Below, piece after piece: positions 17,701-26,852 of a stretch of DNA of 64,000 nt. The notes under the pieces are model-generated. The model searched no databases, was not told the DNA's origin, and saw nothing but the letters and a program-made list of their open reading frames with translations. The DNA comes from Rubripirellula sp. (GTDB lineage: Bacteria > Planctomycetota > Planctomycetia > Pirellulales > Pirellulaceae), in NCBI GenBank assembly GCA_965216875.1, contig OZ244207.1, positions 7,776,001 through 7,840,000 of the forward strand, written 5' to 3'. The translations under genes and the position numbers were made by a program. Positions within the stretch are counted from its first letter, which is position 1; each line of letters opens with the position of its first letter.

Positions 17701-20016
17701 GCGCGAGTCGATTCCTTTCAGGATTCGGTCGGCGGCCGACGCCAGCGATTCGGCGCGGCGGTTGCGTTTTTCGACCAGCTGGACTTTGCGAGATTCGAAG
17801 GCGGCGTACACATCGTCGCGGCGCTGGGCAAGTTCGACGACAAACTCATCAAACTCGGCAAACCTGCCTTCAAGTTCTTCGAGTTGGACCATCACCTTCG
17901 TCAGGTATTCGTCACACTTTTCGGGCGAATCGCAAACGTCAAGGTAGCCGGCCGTTGTCTGTTCAAGCAGTTTCAGTTGCGACGCAAACTCGGCCTTTCC
18001 TTCGACACTGACAAGTTCGCCAACACGCGCCTTTAGCGAACTACGGACTCGGTTCAGTGACGCGTAGACATCGCCGATCGCGTCGATGATTTCGGTTCGT
18101 TTGGTCGCGTCGTCGATTCGAAGGTTGCTGACCGTTTCGGTCAACAGTTCAAGTTGGTCGGCGCCCTCGTCGATTTCTTCTTCGAGTTTCTTCGCGTCGG
18201 CGACGGTCGCCACGTCGGTCACCTGTTGGCCCGCCGCTTCAACACGCTGGACATAGGGATCAAGCGAGCCGGGCGTCAGCAGGAAATCGACGCACCGACG
18301 GCTGACGCGTTCGCTTCGCTCGGAGGTGGCTTTTTCGAGTTCTTCGACGACCGTTTCGTCGACGTAGCGGAGTTCACGTAGACCAATGGCATGTCCACGT
18401 TGCTCGCGAAGTTGGGCAAGCGACGAAACGAAATCGTCGATCGATTCAAAGCGGCTCCGTTCGATCGATTTGATCAATGCGTCGATTGCCGTTTTGACTT
18501 CGCCCGTTCTCGCCTGAGTGTCACGGCGAACGCGGACGACTTTGTCGAACTCTTCGACGGCCGCAGTCGCCGCTTCGCGAATCTTTTGGACCGGCTCGGC
18601 AAGTTTGAGCGTCTCTTTTTTATCGATCCAAAAGTAGCTGTCCAAGATGTCGGACGCTTTCTTGACCAGATCGAGATAGAGTCCTTCGTAGCTATCGTCC
18701 TTGTCGATCAGCTGCAGGATCTCGCTACATTCGGCCATCCCACGCACGATCTCTTTGTTCCCAATCTTGAACAATAGCGAGTCGGTTTGGTTGTCGGGAA
18801 CATAGTTGCCGCTGGTGAATGGTGTCTGCCAAATCTGAATCGCGTGATGTTTCTGCGGATCATCTTGCGCTTTGAAGCAGACCATTTCGCCTTTGTCAAA
18901 AAGCGTTTGGCCATGGCAAACGAGCGGCGTTTCGACCGTTTGCTTGATCAGGTTGTACAGAAGCTGAATGTACGTACCTGATTCGTTGTTGTAGAAGATG
19001 TAGAGGTAATCTTCGCCGTTGGGTGACGCGACCGTGCGTTGGTAACGCATGTCGCTAAGGCCATGATCGAATCGCTTGAATTCGCCCGTTTGCAAGTAGT
19101 AGCCACCTGGGAAAATCAGCCCATGGTCACCAGGCAACATGACGCAGGAGTGTTCAATTTCGTCCAGACGCATCGCCTGTTCGATCTTGCCGTTGAACAC
19201 AAGGTAGCGTGTTGTGTCTTCTTGGTAGGGCTTGATCCTTAGCAGGACAAGATTGCCTACGACCGCGTAGTGAATCTCGGCATCGTCGAGCGTTTGGTCC
19301 GGGTGGTCGACTGGCTCGGCGTAGATGCCTTCGCCCGATTCGGTGTTGTTTTCGACCTTGACGGTCAAGTCGCCGCCGACCGTTTCGACAAAGACTTTGT
19401 CTTCGATCGAGATGTGCGGGTGCTTGCCATAGTGATGTTGATCGCGTGTTGTTCGCGTCCAGCGGAATTCATGTTGCGCCGGGTCGCGGACTTCGTGTTC
19501 ACTGCGGTTGTCGAGGTACTCGATGTGATCAGGCGTGACTCGCCATTTGAAACTCTTAATGTCACGCGAAGTCTTTCCGACTTGAAAGACCATGTGCAAC
19601 ATTGGGCCGCTGCGAAAGAAACGCGAGAATCGCGTGTCTTTGTAAAAACGGTAGAGTTCGTGAAAGTCGCTGTCAAAACGCTCGTCGCCGATCAGCGACA
19701 GGTCGGCTGCATGGAATTGGTGGTCGACAAACCGATAAGCTGAAAAGACGTCCGCGAGTGAGATGTCTGTCTTGAGTCCGAATTGGACGTTGTAACCAAA
19801 GAGAAACTGATCGCCGACAGAGACCAGATCTCGCGGGACACAGTTGTGCTCGGTCGTGACGCGTTCAGTCGATATGAGCGACGTTTCGATGTTGCCGAAA
19901 ACATCGGCCCGTGCATCGTTGAGCTTCGCCAGACGCTCTCGCAAATCCGATGACGCATCGCGCAATCGGTTGCGGAGCACTTCGTAGGTTCCGGCTGCGA
20001 GTTGTGCTTCGGACAT
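14755..20016 (-). CDS. Large AAA+ ATPase (DUF3686 / 'DNA repair ATPase' annotation family)
   Basis: 1753 aa: beta-rich N-terminus, long coiled coil, Walker A LISPPGYGKTT, Walker B MLYLDD, sensor MAGNPY, LSNRAD. Confidence 0.9.
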   Translation of the reverse strand: MSEAQLAAGTYEVLRNRLRDASSDLRERLAKLNDARADVFGNIETSLISTERVTTEHNCVPRDLVSVGDQFLFGYNVQFGLKTDISLADVFSAYRFVDHQFHAADLSLIGDERFDSDFHELYRFYKDTRFSRFFRSGPMLHMVFQVGKTSRDIKSFKWRVTPDHIEYLDNRSEHEVRDPAQHEFRWTRTTRDQHHYGKHPHISIEDKVFVETVGGDLTVKVENNTESGEGIYAEPVDHPDQTLDDAEIHYAVVGNLVLLRIKPYQEDTTRYLVFNGKIEQAMRLDEIEHSCVMLPGDHGLIFPGGYYLQTGEFKRFDHGLSDMRYQRTVASPNGEDYLYIFYNNESGTYIQLLYNLIKQTVETPLVCHGQTLFDKGEMVCFKAQDDPQKHHAIQIWQTPFTSGNYVPDNQTDSLLFKIGNKEIVRGMAECSEILQLIDKDDSYEGLYLDLVKKASDILDSYFWIDKKETLKLAEPVQKIREAATAAVEEFDKVVRVRRDTQARTGEVKTAIDALIKSIERSRFESIDDFVSSLAQLREQRGHAIGLRELRYVDETVVEELEKATSERSERVSRRCVDFLLTPGSLDPYVQRVEAAGQQVTDVATVADAKKLEEEIDEGADQLELLTETVSNLRIDDATKRTEIIDAIGDVYASLNRVRSSLKARVGELVSVEGKAEFASQLKLLEQTTAGYLDVCDSPEKCDEYLTKVMVQLEELEGRFAEFDEFVVELAQRRDDVYAAFESRKVQLVEKRNRRAESLASAADRILKGIDSRVRKMESTDEIAAYFAGDLMVEKVRDIIESLVELDDAVRVEDLQSRMKTIREDATRQLKDRQDLYEDGGDVIRLGSQRFAVNTQPLDLTTVLRGGELCLHLTGTQFFEPLVNDELIAARDLWNQELVSENSDVYRGEFLAVDLFERLHAEHRSDMPDLAWVQEAMGGRFDEGYAKGVHDRDAFAILTKLLEIDRSIGLLRHNPTTRTASLLWFYKLLDAKNRKAMTDWIGGFAKLAKAYPSARPAEEFRARLTELAEADQQRWGPLFAADTKPQRMAAYLFDELTHAPKKPVVSGKAAALHSEFSDSIPKVDREKLLSSAIKTTESDPVRAFILARNWADAFLATHTKGTDADAPTGVNPQEHLDELAWLVMTGGPSTMNVLDAEVAQSIEGLAGSHGVIQSGSMLVHYHQLLRRVRRYREDVVPRFRSLHETKTRIVDEGREDMRLDEFKPRVLTSFVRNRLLDEVYLPLIGDNLAKQMGSAGEDKRTDRMGLLLLISPPGYGKTTLMEYVANRLGIVFMKINGPAIGHGVTSLDPAEAPNAAAREEIERLNLALEMGDNVMLYLDDIQHTNPELLQKFISLCDATRKIEGVRNGRTRTYDLRGRRVAVVMAGNPYTESGERFQIPDMLSNRADVYNLGEIIGDSADAFEMSYLENCLTSNRVLAPLSTAPPEDARAIIRAAERDSLEGIEMQSNISMDQVRDMFEVTRKLLRVRDVVLRVNRAYIRSAAQADAYRTEPPFKLQGSYRNMNRIAERVAGVMNEQELQSLIVSSYEQDAQTLTTDNEANVLKFKEIMGILSSDEKERWDSIKYAYVESVRMSGMDSEDQAGQLMRQLASMRDGLESIRAVISRAIASSGDGAETRMDERIDSLRHTLSASGSQLAETLQATSRQLEKISEQQALAPPDQKVFVQHKVPRVLADLVKGQFHLMQEWLRPILDESLENGRDLNGLKTQLDAMLESYQKVESAFESNQGDPPNAG

Positions 20017-20168
20017 GACGGGTGACGTGGGAAAGGCGGGTGAGCCGCGAGGCTATCCCCGGGCGGGGACAGCGTCGCACGCATTGGCGGCATTGGAAAC
20101 GCATCAGTGACGCATTGCTTTGCCCGCCCCGATGGTTCCTCGAGGCGGGCGAGCGAGATCGTCGGTCA

Positions 20169-22304
20169 CTAGGCCTGCTTGCCGTTGGAGACGGCCGGTG
20201 CAGGAGCGGCAAGCAATCGGCTGGCCTTTTGATCGGTCACGTTCGCGGTGCTCGCGACCGAAAGCAGGCTGGTCAATTGGCTTCGCACGTCATCGGTCTT
20301 TGCCAGTCCCATCATTTTTGCGATCAGGGCGGCGATCGACAGGTCTTTGACGCCATCGGTGTCGAGATTGAACTGCTTCATCAAGCCTTGAAGCTGCTCG
20401 CGGAAGTACTCCGCATTCCCGTCAAAGAAAGTGTCTTTGATGTCGGTTGCCACTTTACTGTTGTAGACGAATCGGTCGATCGCCTTGCCGCCCTTGACGG
20501 CTGAGGTGATCTGATCGAAGAACTCGCCGTCGCCACCGACGATGTCGATTCGAGCGGCACGCAGTGCGTCGCCCACCACACCGGCTTGGCTTTCGGCAAT
20601 TCCCTTCTGAGCATCGATCGCTGCGATCTCGACATCCTTTTCTTTCTGCAGGCTGAGCTTGAACTCTTCGTGCTCTTTGCCGACGCTGTCGAGTTGCTTC
20701 ATCGCTTCGGCTTTCTCGGTGATACCGTTCGCTTCGCTCGTGTACTTCTCGCGAGTGACGTTGGCTTCGGCCAATCCCTGCTTTTCGATCGCTTCGGCTT
20801 TGGCTTCGATGCCCTTGGCTTCGGCGGTCATCTGCTTTTGCAGCACGGTCGCTTCGGCAGCCCCTTCCTTCTCCAACGAGACGGCTTTGGCTTCCTGGAC
20901 CTTGGCTTCGGCCAAGCCAGGTGCAGCCTTTTCGGCGGTTTCGGCTTCGGCCAACATCTTCTTGGCGGTCGTTTCTTTTTCGGCGGCGTCTTTCTTCGCT
21001 TCGGCTTCGATGCGAATCTTTTCGGCCAACAGTTCGCTCGCTTCCTTTTCGGCTTGAGCAAGCTTGGTTTGACGAATCAATTCTTCTTGGGCTTTCATCT
21101 CGGCCGCAGTCACTTGGACTTTCTTGGTTCGTTCGGCCAAGGCGATTTCGTGAGTGTCCTTGATGCGTTCTTCTTCTTCGACGACCGCTCGTTCGACGGC
21201 GACACGTTCGCGGATCACTTCTTGAATGTTGCGTTTTTCGACTTCGATCGCTTTTTCTTTCTCGACGTCGGCGACACCTACCACGCGTTGGCGTTCGGTG
21301 CGTTCGAGTTCACGATCACGTTCAACGCGTTCGATTTCGACCGCATCGGTCTTCTCTTTGTTGCGTTGGGCAACCAGGACCTGGCGGGCTTTGTTTTCTT
21401 CGGCGATGCCGATTTCTTCTTCGGTCGAAATGCGAGCACGTTCCGACTCGAGTCGTTGCTCTTCTTCGACTTTCTTGGCAGCAGCTTGTTCGCGAGCACT
21501 CACTTCGGCAATCTCGCGTTTTTGCTTTTCGACTGCTTCGACCCGTTGGCGTTCGAGCGCGAGAATGGTTTCCTGAGCCTCGACGTCTTGCTTCTTGAGC
21601 GTCTTTTCTTTGTCGCGAGTGAACTGGTTCTCTTTGACACGTTCGTTGGCCGTCAGTTCGGTGATCTTTTTGATCCCCTCGGCGTCAAGAATGTTCGAGG
21701 GGCTAAGCAGATCCAGCGGCGTTTGCTCGAGGTAGTCGATCGCGGCGTCATCAAGTTTGTAGCCGTTGAGATCGGTGCCGATCACTTTCAGGATTTCGGC
21801 TTTGAACTTGTCCCGTTGGTCGTAAAGATCAACGAAGTCGAATTGCTTACCAACCGTCTTGAGCGCTTCGGAAAACTTTGCGTCAAACAGCTCGCGTAGC
21901 GTATCGATCTCGCTACAACGACGCGCGCCGATCGATTGGGCAACTTCCTTCATTTCTTTTTCGGAAGCGTCGACGCGGACGAAGAACGCGACTTTGATGT
22001 CGGCGCGAATGTTGTCGCGACAAATCAATCCGGCACTGCCCTGACGGCTGATTTCAAAGCTCTTCAGCGTCAAGTCCATGTACTCGATCCGATGCAACAT
22101 CGGAACGATTAGCATGCCGCAACGTGATTTCACGATGAACCCACCAACACCCGTTTTCACGATCGCTTTGTCAGGTCCAACGACGATGTAGAACTTTTTG
22201 AATGCGGCAAGCACTAGCACAGGCACCGCAAGCACCAAAGCGATTGCGACAATCACTCCGGGGCTCGTTAGGTCAATAAAGGAGAGAGGCATTGCAAGTG
22301 TCAC
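20169..22304 (-). CDS. Flotillin/SPFH family protein (YqiK-like)
   Basis: N-terminal TM, SPFH region (GLICRDNIRADIKVAFFVRV, AKFSEALKTVGK, LDAEGIKKIT), long EA-rich coiled coil, IDIVGGDGEFFD. Confidence 0.9.
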   Translation of the reverse strand: MTLAMPLSFIDLTSPGVIVAIALVLAVPVLVLAAFKKFYIVVGPDKAIVKTGVGGFIVKSRCGMLIVPMLHRIEYMDLTLKSFEISRQGSAGLICRDNIRADIKVAFFVRVDASEKEMKEVAQSIGARRCSEIDTLRELFDAKFSEALKTVGKQFDFVDLYDQRDKFKAEILKVIGTDLNGYKLDDAAIDYLEQTPLDLLSPSNILDAEGIKKITELTANERVKENQFTRDKEKTLKKQDVEAQETILALERQRVEAVEKQKREIAEVSAREQAAAKKVEEEQRLESERARISTEEEIGIAEENKARQVLVAQRNKEKTDAVEIERVERDRELERTERQRVVGVADVEKEKAIEVEKRNIQEVIRERVAVERAVVEEEERIKDTHEIALAERTKKVQVTAAEMKAQEELIRQTKLAQAEKEASELLAEKIRIEAEAKKDAAEKETTAKKMLAEAETAEKAAPGLAEAKVQEAKAVSLEKEGAAEATVLQKQMTAEAKGIEAKAEAIEKQGLAEANVTREKYTSEANGITEKAEAMKQLDSVGKEHEEFKLSLQKEKDVEIAAIDAQKGIAESQAGVVGDALRAARIDIVGGDGEFFDQITSAVKGGKAIDRFVYNSKVATDIKDTFFDGNAEYFREQLQGLMKQFNLDTDGVKDLSIAALIAKMMGLAKTDDVRSQLTSLLSVASTANVTDQKASRLLAAPAPAVSNGKQA

Positions 22305-23044
22305 GACGGAGTCTCCGGTTGAAGCTGGGTGACTTTGTAAACCCGTTTGTCTTTGTCGTAGCCAATGATGCGAACTTCCGTTCCTTTCGGAATGTTCGCA
22401 CCATCAGTCTGTACGTTCAGAAGTAATGGCGAGGCATCAGTGCGAAACTTCGCTTGCCCGAATTCAGGTGTCGCTTCGTGCGTGCAAATCTCGCACGTTG
22501 CGCCCAAGATGATTCGGTTGGTGTAACTGGGCGGATCGATGAACTGGCCAAGGATCGGTTGCGTGATACCTTTGGTAATGGCAACTGCAATGACCAGATT
22601 GCGAACCGACAACAGCGTGCTGGACAGCCAGCTTGGGCCGTACTGATTGCTGTCGAAGTTATGCCAGAGGTAGTACGACACCATCCAAAAAGCGACGGTG
22701 AAGATCCCCCCCCAAATCACAACTGGCACGCGACCAAAATTGGTTGCGCGAATCGTTAGGCCGGCAATGCCTCCGAACAGATCGCTGCCAACTTCCACCC
22801 CGTCGGCGTGGGCATCGACGCCCATGTCAACGTCGGCGTTGACGCCAGGGTCCATGTCGATGCCAGGATCGAAATCAATACCGGGATCAACGTCGATGTC
22901 GATATCGGGTGCATCGAATCCGAAGTCGGCCAGTCCCATGACGGCGACCAGCGTGTAAACGACCATCAAGCATGCGAGAATCGACGCCGGCCACACGGGA
23001 CCAACGAACATTCGCTCGGCTACTTCTATTACCGTTTGGGACAC
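22301..23044 (-). CDS. YqiJ-like (DUF1449/NfeD-type OB-fold) membrane protein
   Basis: TM, acidic DIDVDPG repeats, NFGRVPVVIW, two TMs, C-terminal FGQA...LLNV...KG..V.I OB-like region; 4-bp overlap with the flotillin gene. Confidence 0.8.
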   Translation of the reverse strand: MSQTVIEVAERMFVGPVWPASILACLMVVYTLVAVMGLADFGFDAPDIDIDVDPGIDFDPGIDMDPGVNADVDMGVDAHADGVEVGSDLFGGIAGLTIRATNFGRVPVVIWGGIFTVAFWMVSYYLWHNFDSNQYGPSWLSSTLLSVRNLVIAVAITKGITQPILGQFIDPPSYTNRIILGATCEICTHEATPEFGQAKFRTDASPLLLNVQTDGANIPKGTEVRIIGYDKDKRVYKVTQLQPETPS

Positions 23045-23254
23045 CGATCCAATGGCTCAACAAGAGGGCGGGGATGGTTTGGGAAAAGCACAACGTATAA
23101 GCATGGCGAATTTTTCGCCTGATACGGGGCGCTTCCCCACGCCACAAATCCGTTTTTTCTAGAAACCACAACGTGGCCTACCAGAACGTAGCTCACGAAT
23201 GTGTGGTGGGGCGGATTACCCCGAGAGAATTTTGTGTTGCCTGGCTAAAGCGGA

Positions 23255-24427
23255 CTAACTGAGCGCATCGAAGCGGTCGTCCGGATTGCTCGGTTCAGGC
23301 AAATCGGAGGGCAGGTTTCCCCGCTGAATCATCGAATTCAGGTCAAGCACACCCGCAAATTTGCCCTCGCCGTCAACCACGGCAACCTGCCGGCCGCGAT
23401 GGCCCACACGCAACACAACGCTGTCGAGCGCTTCGTCGATATGTACGGGTGTATCCGATTCATTGTGGTTGATCAGTTGGCCTGCGGGCGTCATCGGATC
23501 GATGTTCATCGCGGTCGCTTTCGAAACTTCTTCAAGACGCAACATGCCGATCACTGAGCCTGTGATCGAAAGCACGGGAAGTGCTGTCGCCTTGCTTGTT
23601 TGCCAGCGTCTTGCGACTTCCGAGAGGGGCATGTCCATCGGCAACGCTTCCAATGATCGAATCATTGCCTGCCGCACGGTCAGCCCACGGACCGACTCGG
23701 TCACTTCAACTTGACGAGCTTCGGCCATGCCCGCGAACGCGATGAAAACGGCGATCAAGATGGGGATCGGGTTTGGATTGCCGGTGAAGACGACGAGTGC
23801 GATCATCGAAACGGCACACAGAATTCCGACGCGCGACGCGATCACGGTTGCTTTGCGATAATCGGTGATCATCGCCAAGACGCTTCGAAAGACTCGACCG
23901 CCGTCCATCGGAAAGGCTGGGATCATGTTGAAGATCACCAGCGTGATGTTGACCATCAGCATGTAAAACGCGTACTTCGAAAACGATGGACTAAACATCG
24001 TGTCCGTTTCGACCGCGATTTCAGCTTGCTGCGACACGCCCATAAACAAGTTGATGCCGCCCACGACAACAAAGCCAATGCCAAGCAGCGTGGCGATCAC
24101 AACATTGACCGCTGGTCCAGCAATGGCGACAACAAGTTCTTGCCAAGGAATGCGCGGCATGCGTTGCAGTCGAGCGACACCGCCAATGGGCAGCAGCGTG
24201 ATGTCGATTGTCGGGATGCCAAATTTGCGAGCGGCGAGGGCGTGGCCATACTCGTGCAGCGTGACGCAGAAAAACACGCCAAGCACCATCGTGATCGCAA
24301 AGGCCATCCCGGCAATCCCTTCGTCACTCGCTTGGTAGGCAAAGAAGCCGATCAAGAGTGCAAAGGTCCAATGAACGTAGAGACCGATTCCGAGGAAGGT
24401 GCCGAGTTTGAGTCGTCGATCTAACAT
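23255..24427 (-). CDS. Site-2 protease (M50) with C-terminal CBS domains
   Basis: LHEYGH, LLPIGGVA, IAGPAVN, FNMIPAFPMDGGR, CBS-like tail. Confidence 0.92.
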   Translation of the reverse strand: MLDRRLKLGTFLGIGLYVHWTFALLIGFFAYQASDEGIAGMAFAITMVLGVFFCVTLHEYGHALAARKFGIPTIDITLLPIGGVARLQRMPRIPWQELVVAIAGPAVNVVIATLLGIGFVVVGGINLFMGVSQQAEIAVETDTMFSPSFSKYAFYMLMVNITLVIFNMIPAFPMDGGRVFRSVLAMITDYRKATVIASRVGILCAVSMIALVVFTGNPNPIPILIAVFIAFAGMAEARQVEVTESVRGLTVRQAMIRSLEALPMDMPLSEVARRWQTSKATALPVLSITGSVIGMLRLEEVSKATAMNIDPMTPAGQLINHNESDTPVHIDEALDSVVLRVGHRGRQVAVVDGEGKFAGVLDLNSMIQRGNLPSDLPEPSNPDDRFDALS

Positions 24428-24755
24428 GAGTTCCTGAGGATAGGATCAAACGTGGCGACGCGGCGCTCTGCCGAATCACAATCTGCGTGCATTGCTCGTT
24501 GCCGAGAGACTTTGGGCAATCGGCAAGGGGATCAGGCTACGGGAATCCACGGGGATGATTTGCCCGATGCCACCTTCGACTGGTCCAGCCGAGATGCAAC
24601 AATATGCCTCTCGGTCACCGGCGGACAAACGGCGAACGCAACGCTTCCAATCCAATTGACGCTGTGTTTCGCTGCCCGCATCGAGTGTGCCCACCCCTAA
24701 ACTGTATCGAAAAGGTCTCGATCGCACCGCGCCCCTTGTTTTGAGATAGCGTTTT

Positions 24756-25202
24756 ATGCTTCGCCACAAACTGATTCACCCCCAAATCAGTGCCGTTTTG
24801 GCCGCTGCCGGACACCACAGCACCGTTCTGATTGCCGATGGCAACTACCCAGCGGCGAGCAAAAGAGGGCCACGGGCCGATTTGATCAGCCTGAATCTGA
24901 TGCCTGGCGTTCCAACCTGTAATCAGGTGCTCGAAGCTCTGCTGTCGGCCGTTCCCGTCGAAGCGGTCCAAACCATGGAAACCGAGACGAGCGGACCGTA
25001 TGCACTCGATGGCGATCCGCCAGTCTGGGACGACTACCGTCAAACGATCAAAGAGGCCGGACTCGAACTGGAGCTACAGCCAATCGATAAGTGGAAGTTC
25101 TATGAAGCGGTCAGCACGGACGATCACGTGCTAACGATCCAAACCGCCGACCAACAACGCTACGCCAACATCCTGCTGACCGTCGGCGTTCGTATGGACT
25201 AA
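24756..25202 (+). CDS. RbsD/FucU family mutarotase/pyranase
   Basis: AGHHSTVLIADGNYP, FYEA, YANILLTVGV. Confidence 0.9.
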   Translation: MLRHKLIHPQISAVLAAAGHHSTVLIADGNYPAASKRGPRADLISLNLMPGVPTCNQVLEALLSAVPVEAVQTMETETSGPYALDGDPPVWDDYRQTIKEAGLELELQPIDKWKFYEAVSTDDHVLTIQTADQQRYANILLTVGVRMD

Positions 25203-25420
25203 CCCGGTCATCGGCGAGCGTCTGACACTCTTTTTACGTTTCCGTGAGGATTGCAAATAACTTTGCGCACTCTCGGGCGTGTATCATCGATCCACGATGT
25301 GCGGTTGAGTCGCGGATGGCGGTGAGCTGGATAGACTTGTCTTCCCGCATCAACCCGATCTTCTCTGGCTGGTGATCATTGCGGTCGGCCAAACGTCTCG
25401 ATTACACAAGGAACGATTCA

Positions 25421-25957
25421 ATGCGTCGATTCACGACCTCAATGCTGATCCTTACAACTGTGATCTTCACGGCTTACGCGATTTCCAATGCGCAAGAGGC
25501 GCATTCGCATCATGCCAAAGAGACATCCACGAGCGCGGCAAAGAAATTTAAGATCGTTCCGCTTGTCACTGTGAAGCCAGGAGAGACGAAAGAGCTTCTT
25601 ATGTCGACGTGGTGTACCGTCGGGGCGACACGTGGCGGTGGATTCACTTTGGCACAGATGGTTGACGGCAAACCCCAATTCAACGGTTCGAAACTTGCGG
25701 GCAATCGATCGTACAGCGGCGGCGGTGTCACGATGACCGTTCCTGGCTGGGGTGAAGCCACTAAGTTTGCCAACTCCGCAGAGTTTTCATCGCTCAAGGA
25801 ACGTCACCTTCAAGCGTTCACGGTCTCCATCACTGCTTCGAGTGACGCAAAGCCAGGACTGATGGAAATGCACCTTCTCGACGCCACCTGCAGCGGCGAG
25901 TGCAGCACCGATTTCCGAGTGCTTGTGGTCGGTGAGAAAGGAAAGTCGACGCGATAA
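25421..25957 (+). CDS. Secreted hypothetical protein
   Basis: Signal peptide MRRFTTSMLILTTVIF...SNA; WCTVG and TCSGEC motifs. Confidence 0.7.
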   Translation: MRRFTTSMLILTTVIFTAYAISNAQEAHSHHAKETSTSAAKKFKIVPLVTVKPGETKELLMSTWCTVGATRGGGFTLAQMVDGKPQFNGSKLAGNRSYSGGGVTMTVPGWGEATKFANSAEFSSLKERHLQAFTVSITASSDAKPGLMEMHLLDATCSGECSTDFRVLVVGEKGKSTR

Positions 25958-25973
25958 CCTGGGGCACGGCGCT

Positions 25974-26845
25974 TAGGCCGGAGGCCGACACATTTCTTGC
26001 CGGTGACGTGAGTCACCGGAGTACGAGCGACCCCGGCAATTCTTGATCCGCCCTTAGGCCGGAGGCCGACATATTTGTTGCCGGTGGCGTGAGCCACCGG
26101 AACACGAGCGAAGTAAATTTCAGCCCGAAGGGCGATACATCGGAATTGTGTCGCCCTCCGGGCTTGGACAGTCTTCGTTTTCATGTCCGGGGTCTTACGA
26201 CCCCGGCAGTTCTTGTTCCGCCCTCCGGGCTAGTAGGCCGGAGGCCGACATATTTCTTGCCGGTGGCGTGAGCCATCGGAGTACGAGCGACCCTGGCAAT
26301 TCTTGATCCGCCCTTAGGCCGGAGGCCGACATATTTGTTGCCGGTGACGTGAGTCACCGGAATCCGAGCGAAGCAAAATTTCAGCCCGAAGGGCGATACA
26401 TCGGAATTGTGTCGCCCTCTGGGCTTGGACAGTTTTCGTTTTCGTGTCCGGGGTCTTACGACCCCGGCAGTTCTTGTTCCGCCCTCCGGGCTAGTAGGCC
26501 GGAGGCCGACATATTCTCTTGCCGGTGGCGTGAGCCACCGGAGTACGAGCGACCCCGGCAATTCTTGATCCGCCCTTAGGCCGGAGGCCGACATATTTGT
26601 TGCCGGTGGCGTGAGCCACCGGAATCCGAGCGAAGCAAATTTCAGCCCGAAGGGCGATACATCGGAATTGTGTCGCCCTCCGGGCTCGGCCACTATTCGT
26701 TTTCATGTCCGAGGTCTTACGACCCCGGCAATTCTTGTCGCGCCCTCCGGGCTAGTAGGCCGGAGGCCGACATATTTCTTGCCGGTGGCGTGAGCCAACG
26801 GAGTACGAGCGACCCAGGCAGTTCTTGTTCCGCCCTCCGGGCTAG
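25974..26845. repeat. REP/BIME-like palindromic array: alternating ~81-bp and ~180-bp units (S-L-S-L-S-L-S)
   Basis: TAGGCCGGAGGCCGACA recurs at 25974, 26055, 26234, 26315, 26495, 26577, 26756. Internal hairpins are CCGGTGRCGTGAGYCACCGG and AGCCCGAAGGGCGA..TCGCCCTCCGGGCT. It lies between convergent genes. Confidence 0.93.
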
Positions 26846-26852
26846 AGGAGGC

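Noticed and set aside
20586..21899. 437-aa Phe/Leu-rich plus-strand ORF and similar long antisense ORFs (585-1313, 16471-17409, 46728-47519)
   Set aside because: Antisense shadows of well-supported genes in GC-rich DNA.
25974..26845. CRISPR array
   Set aside because: The sequences between repeats are themselves repeated, units are 81-180 bp and there are no cas genes.
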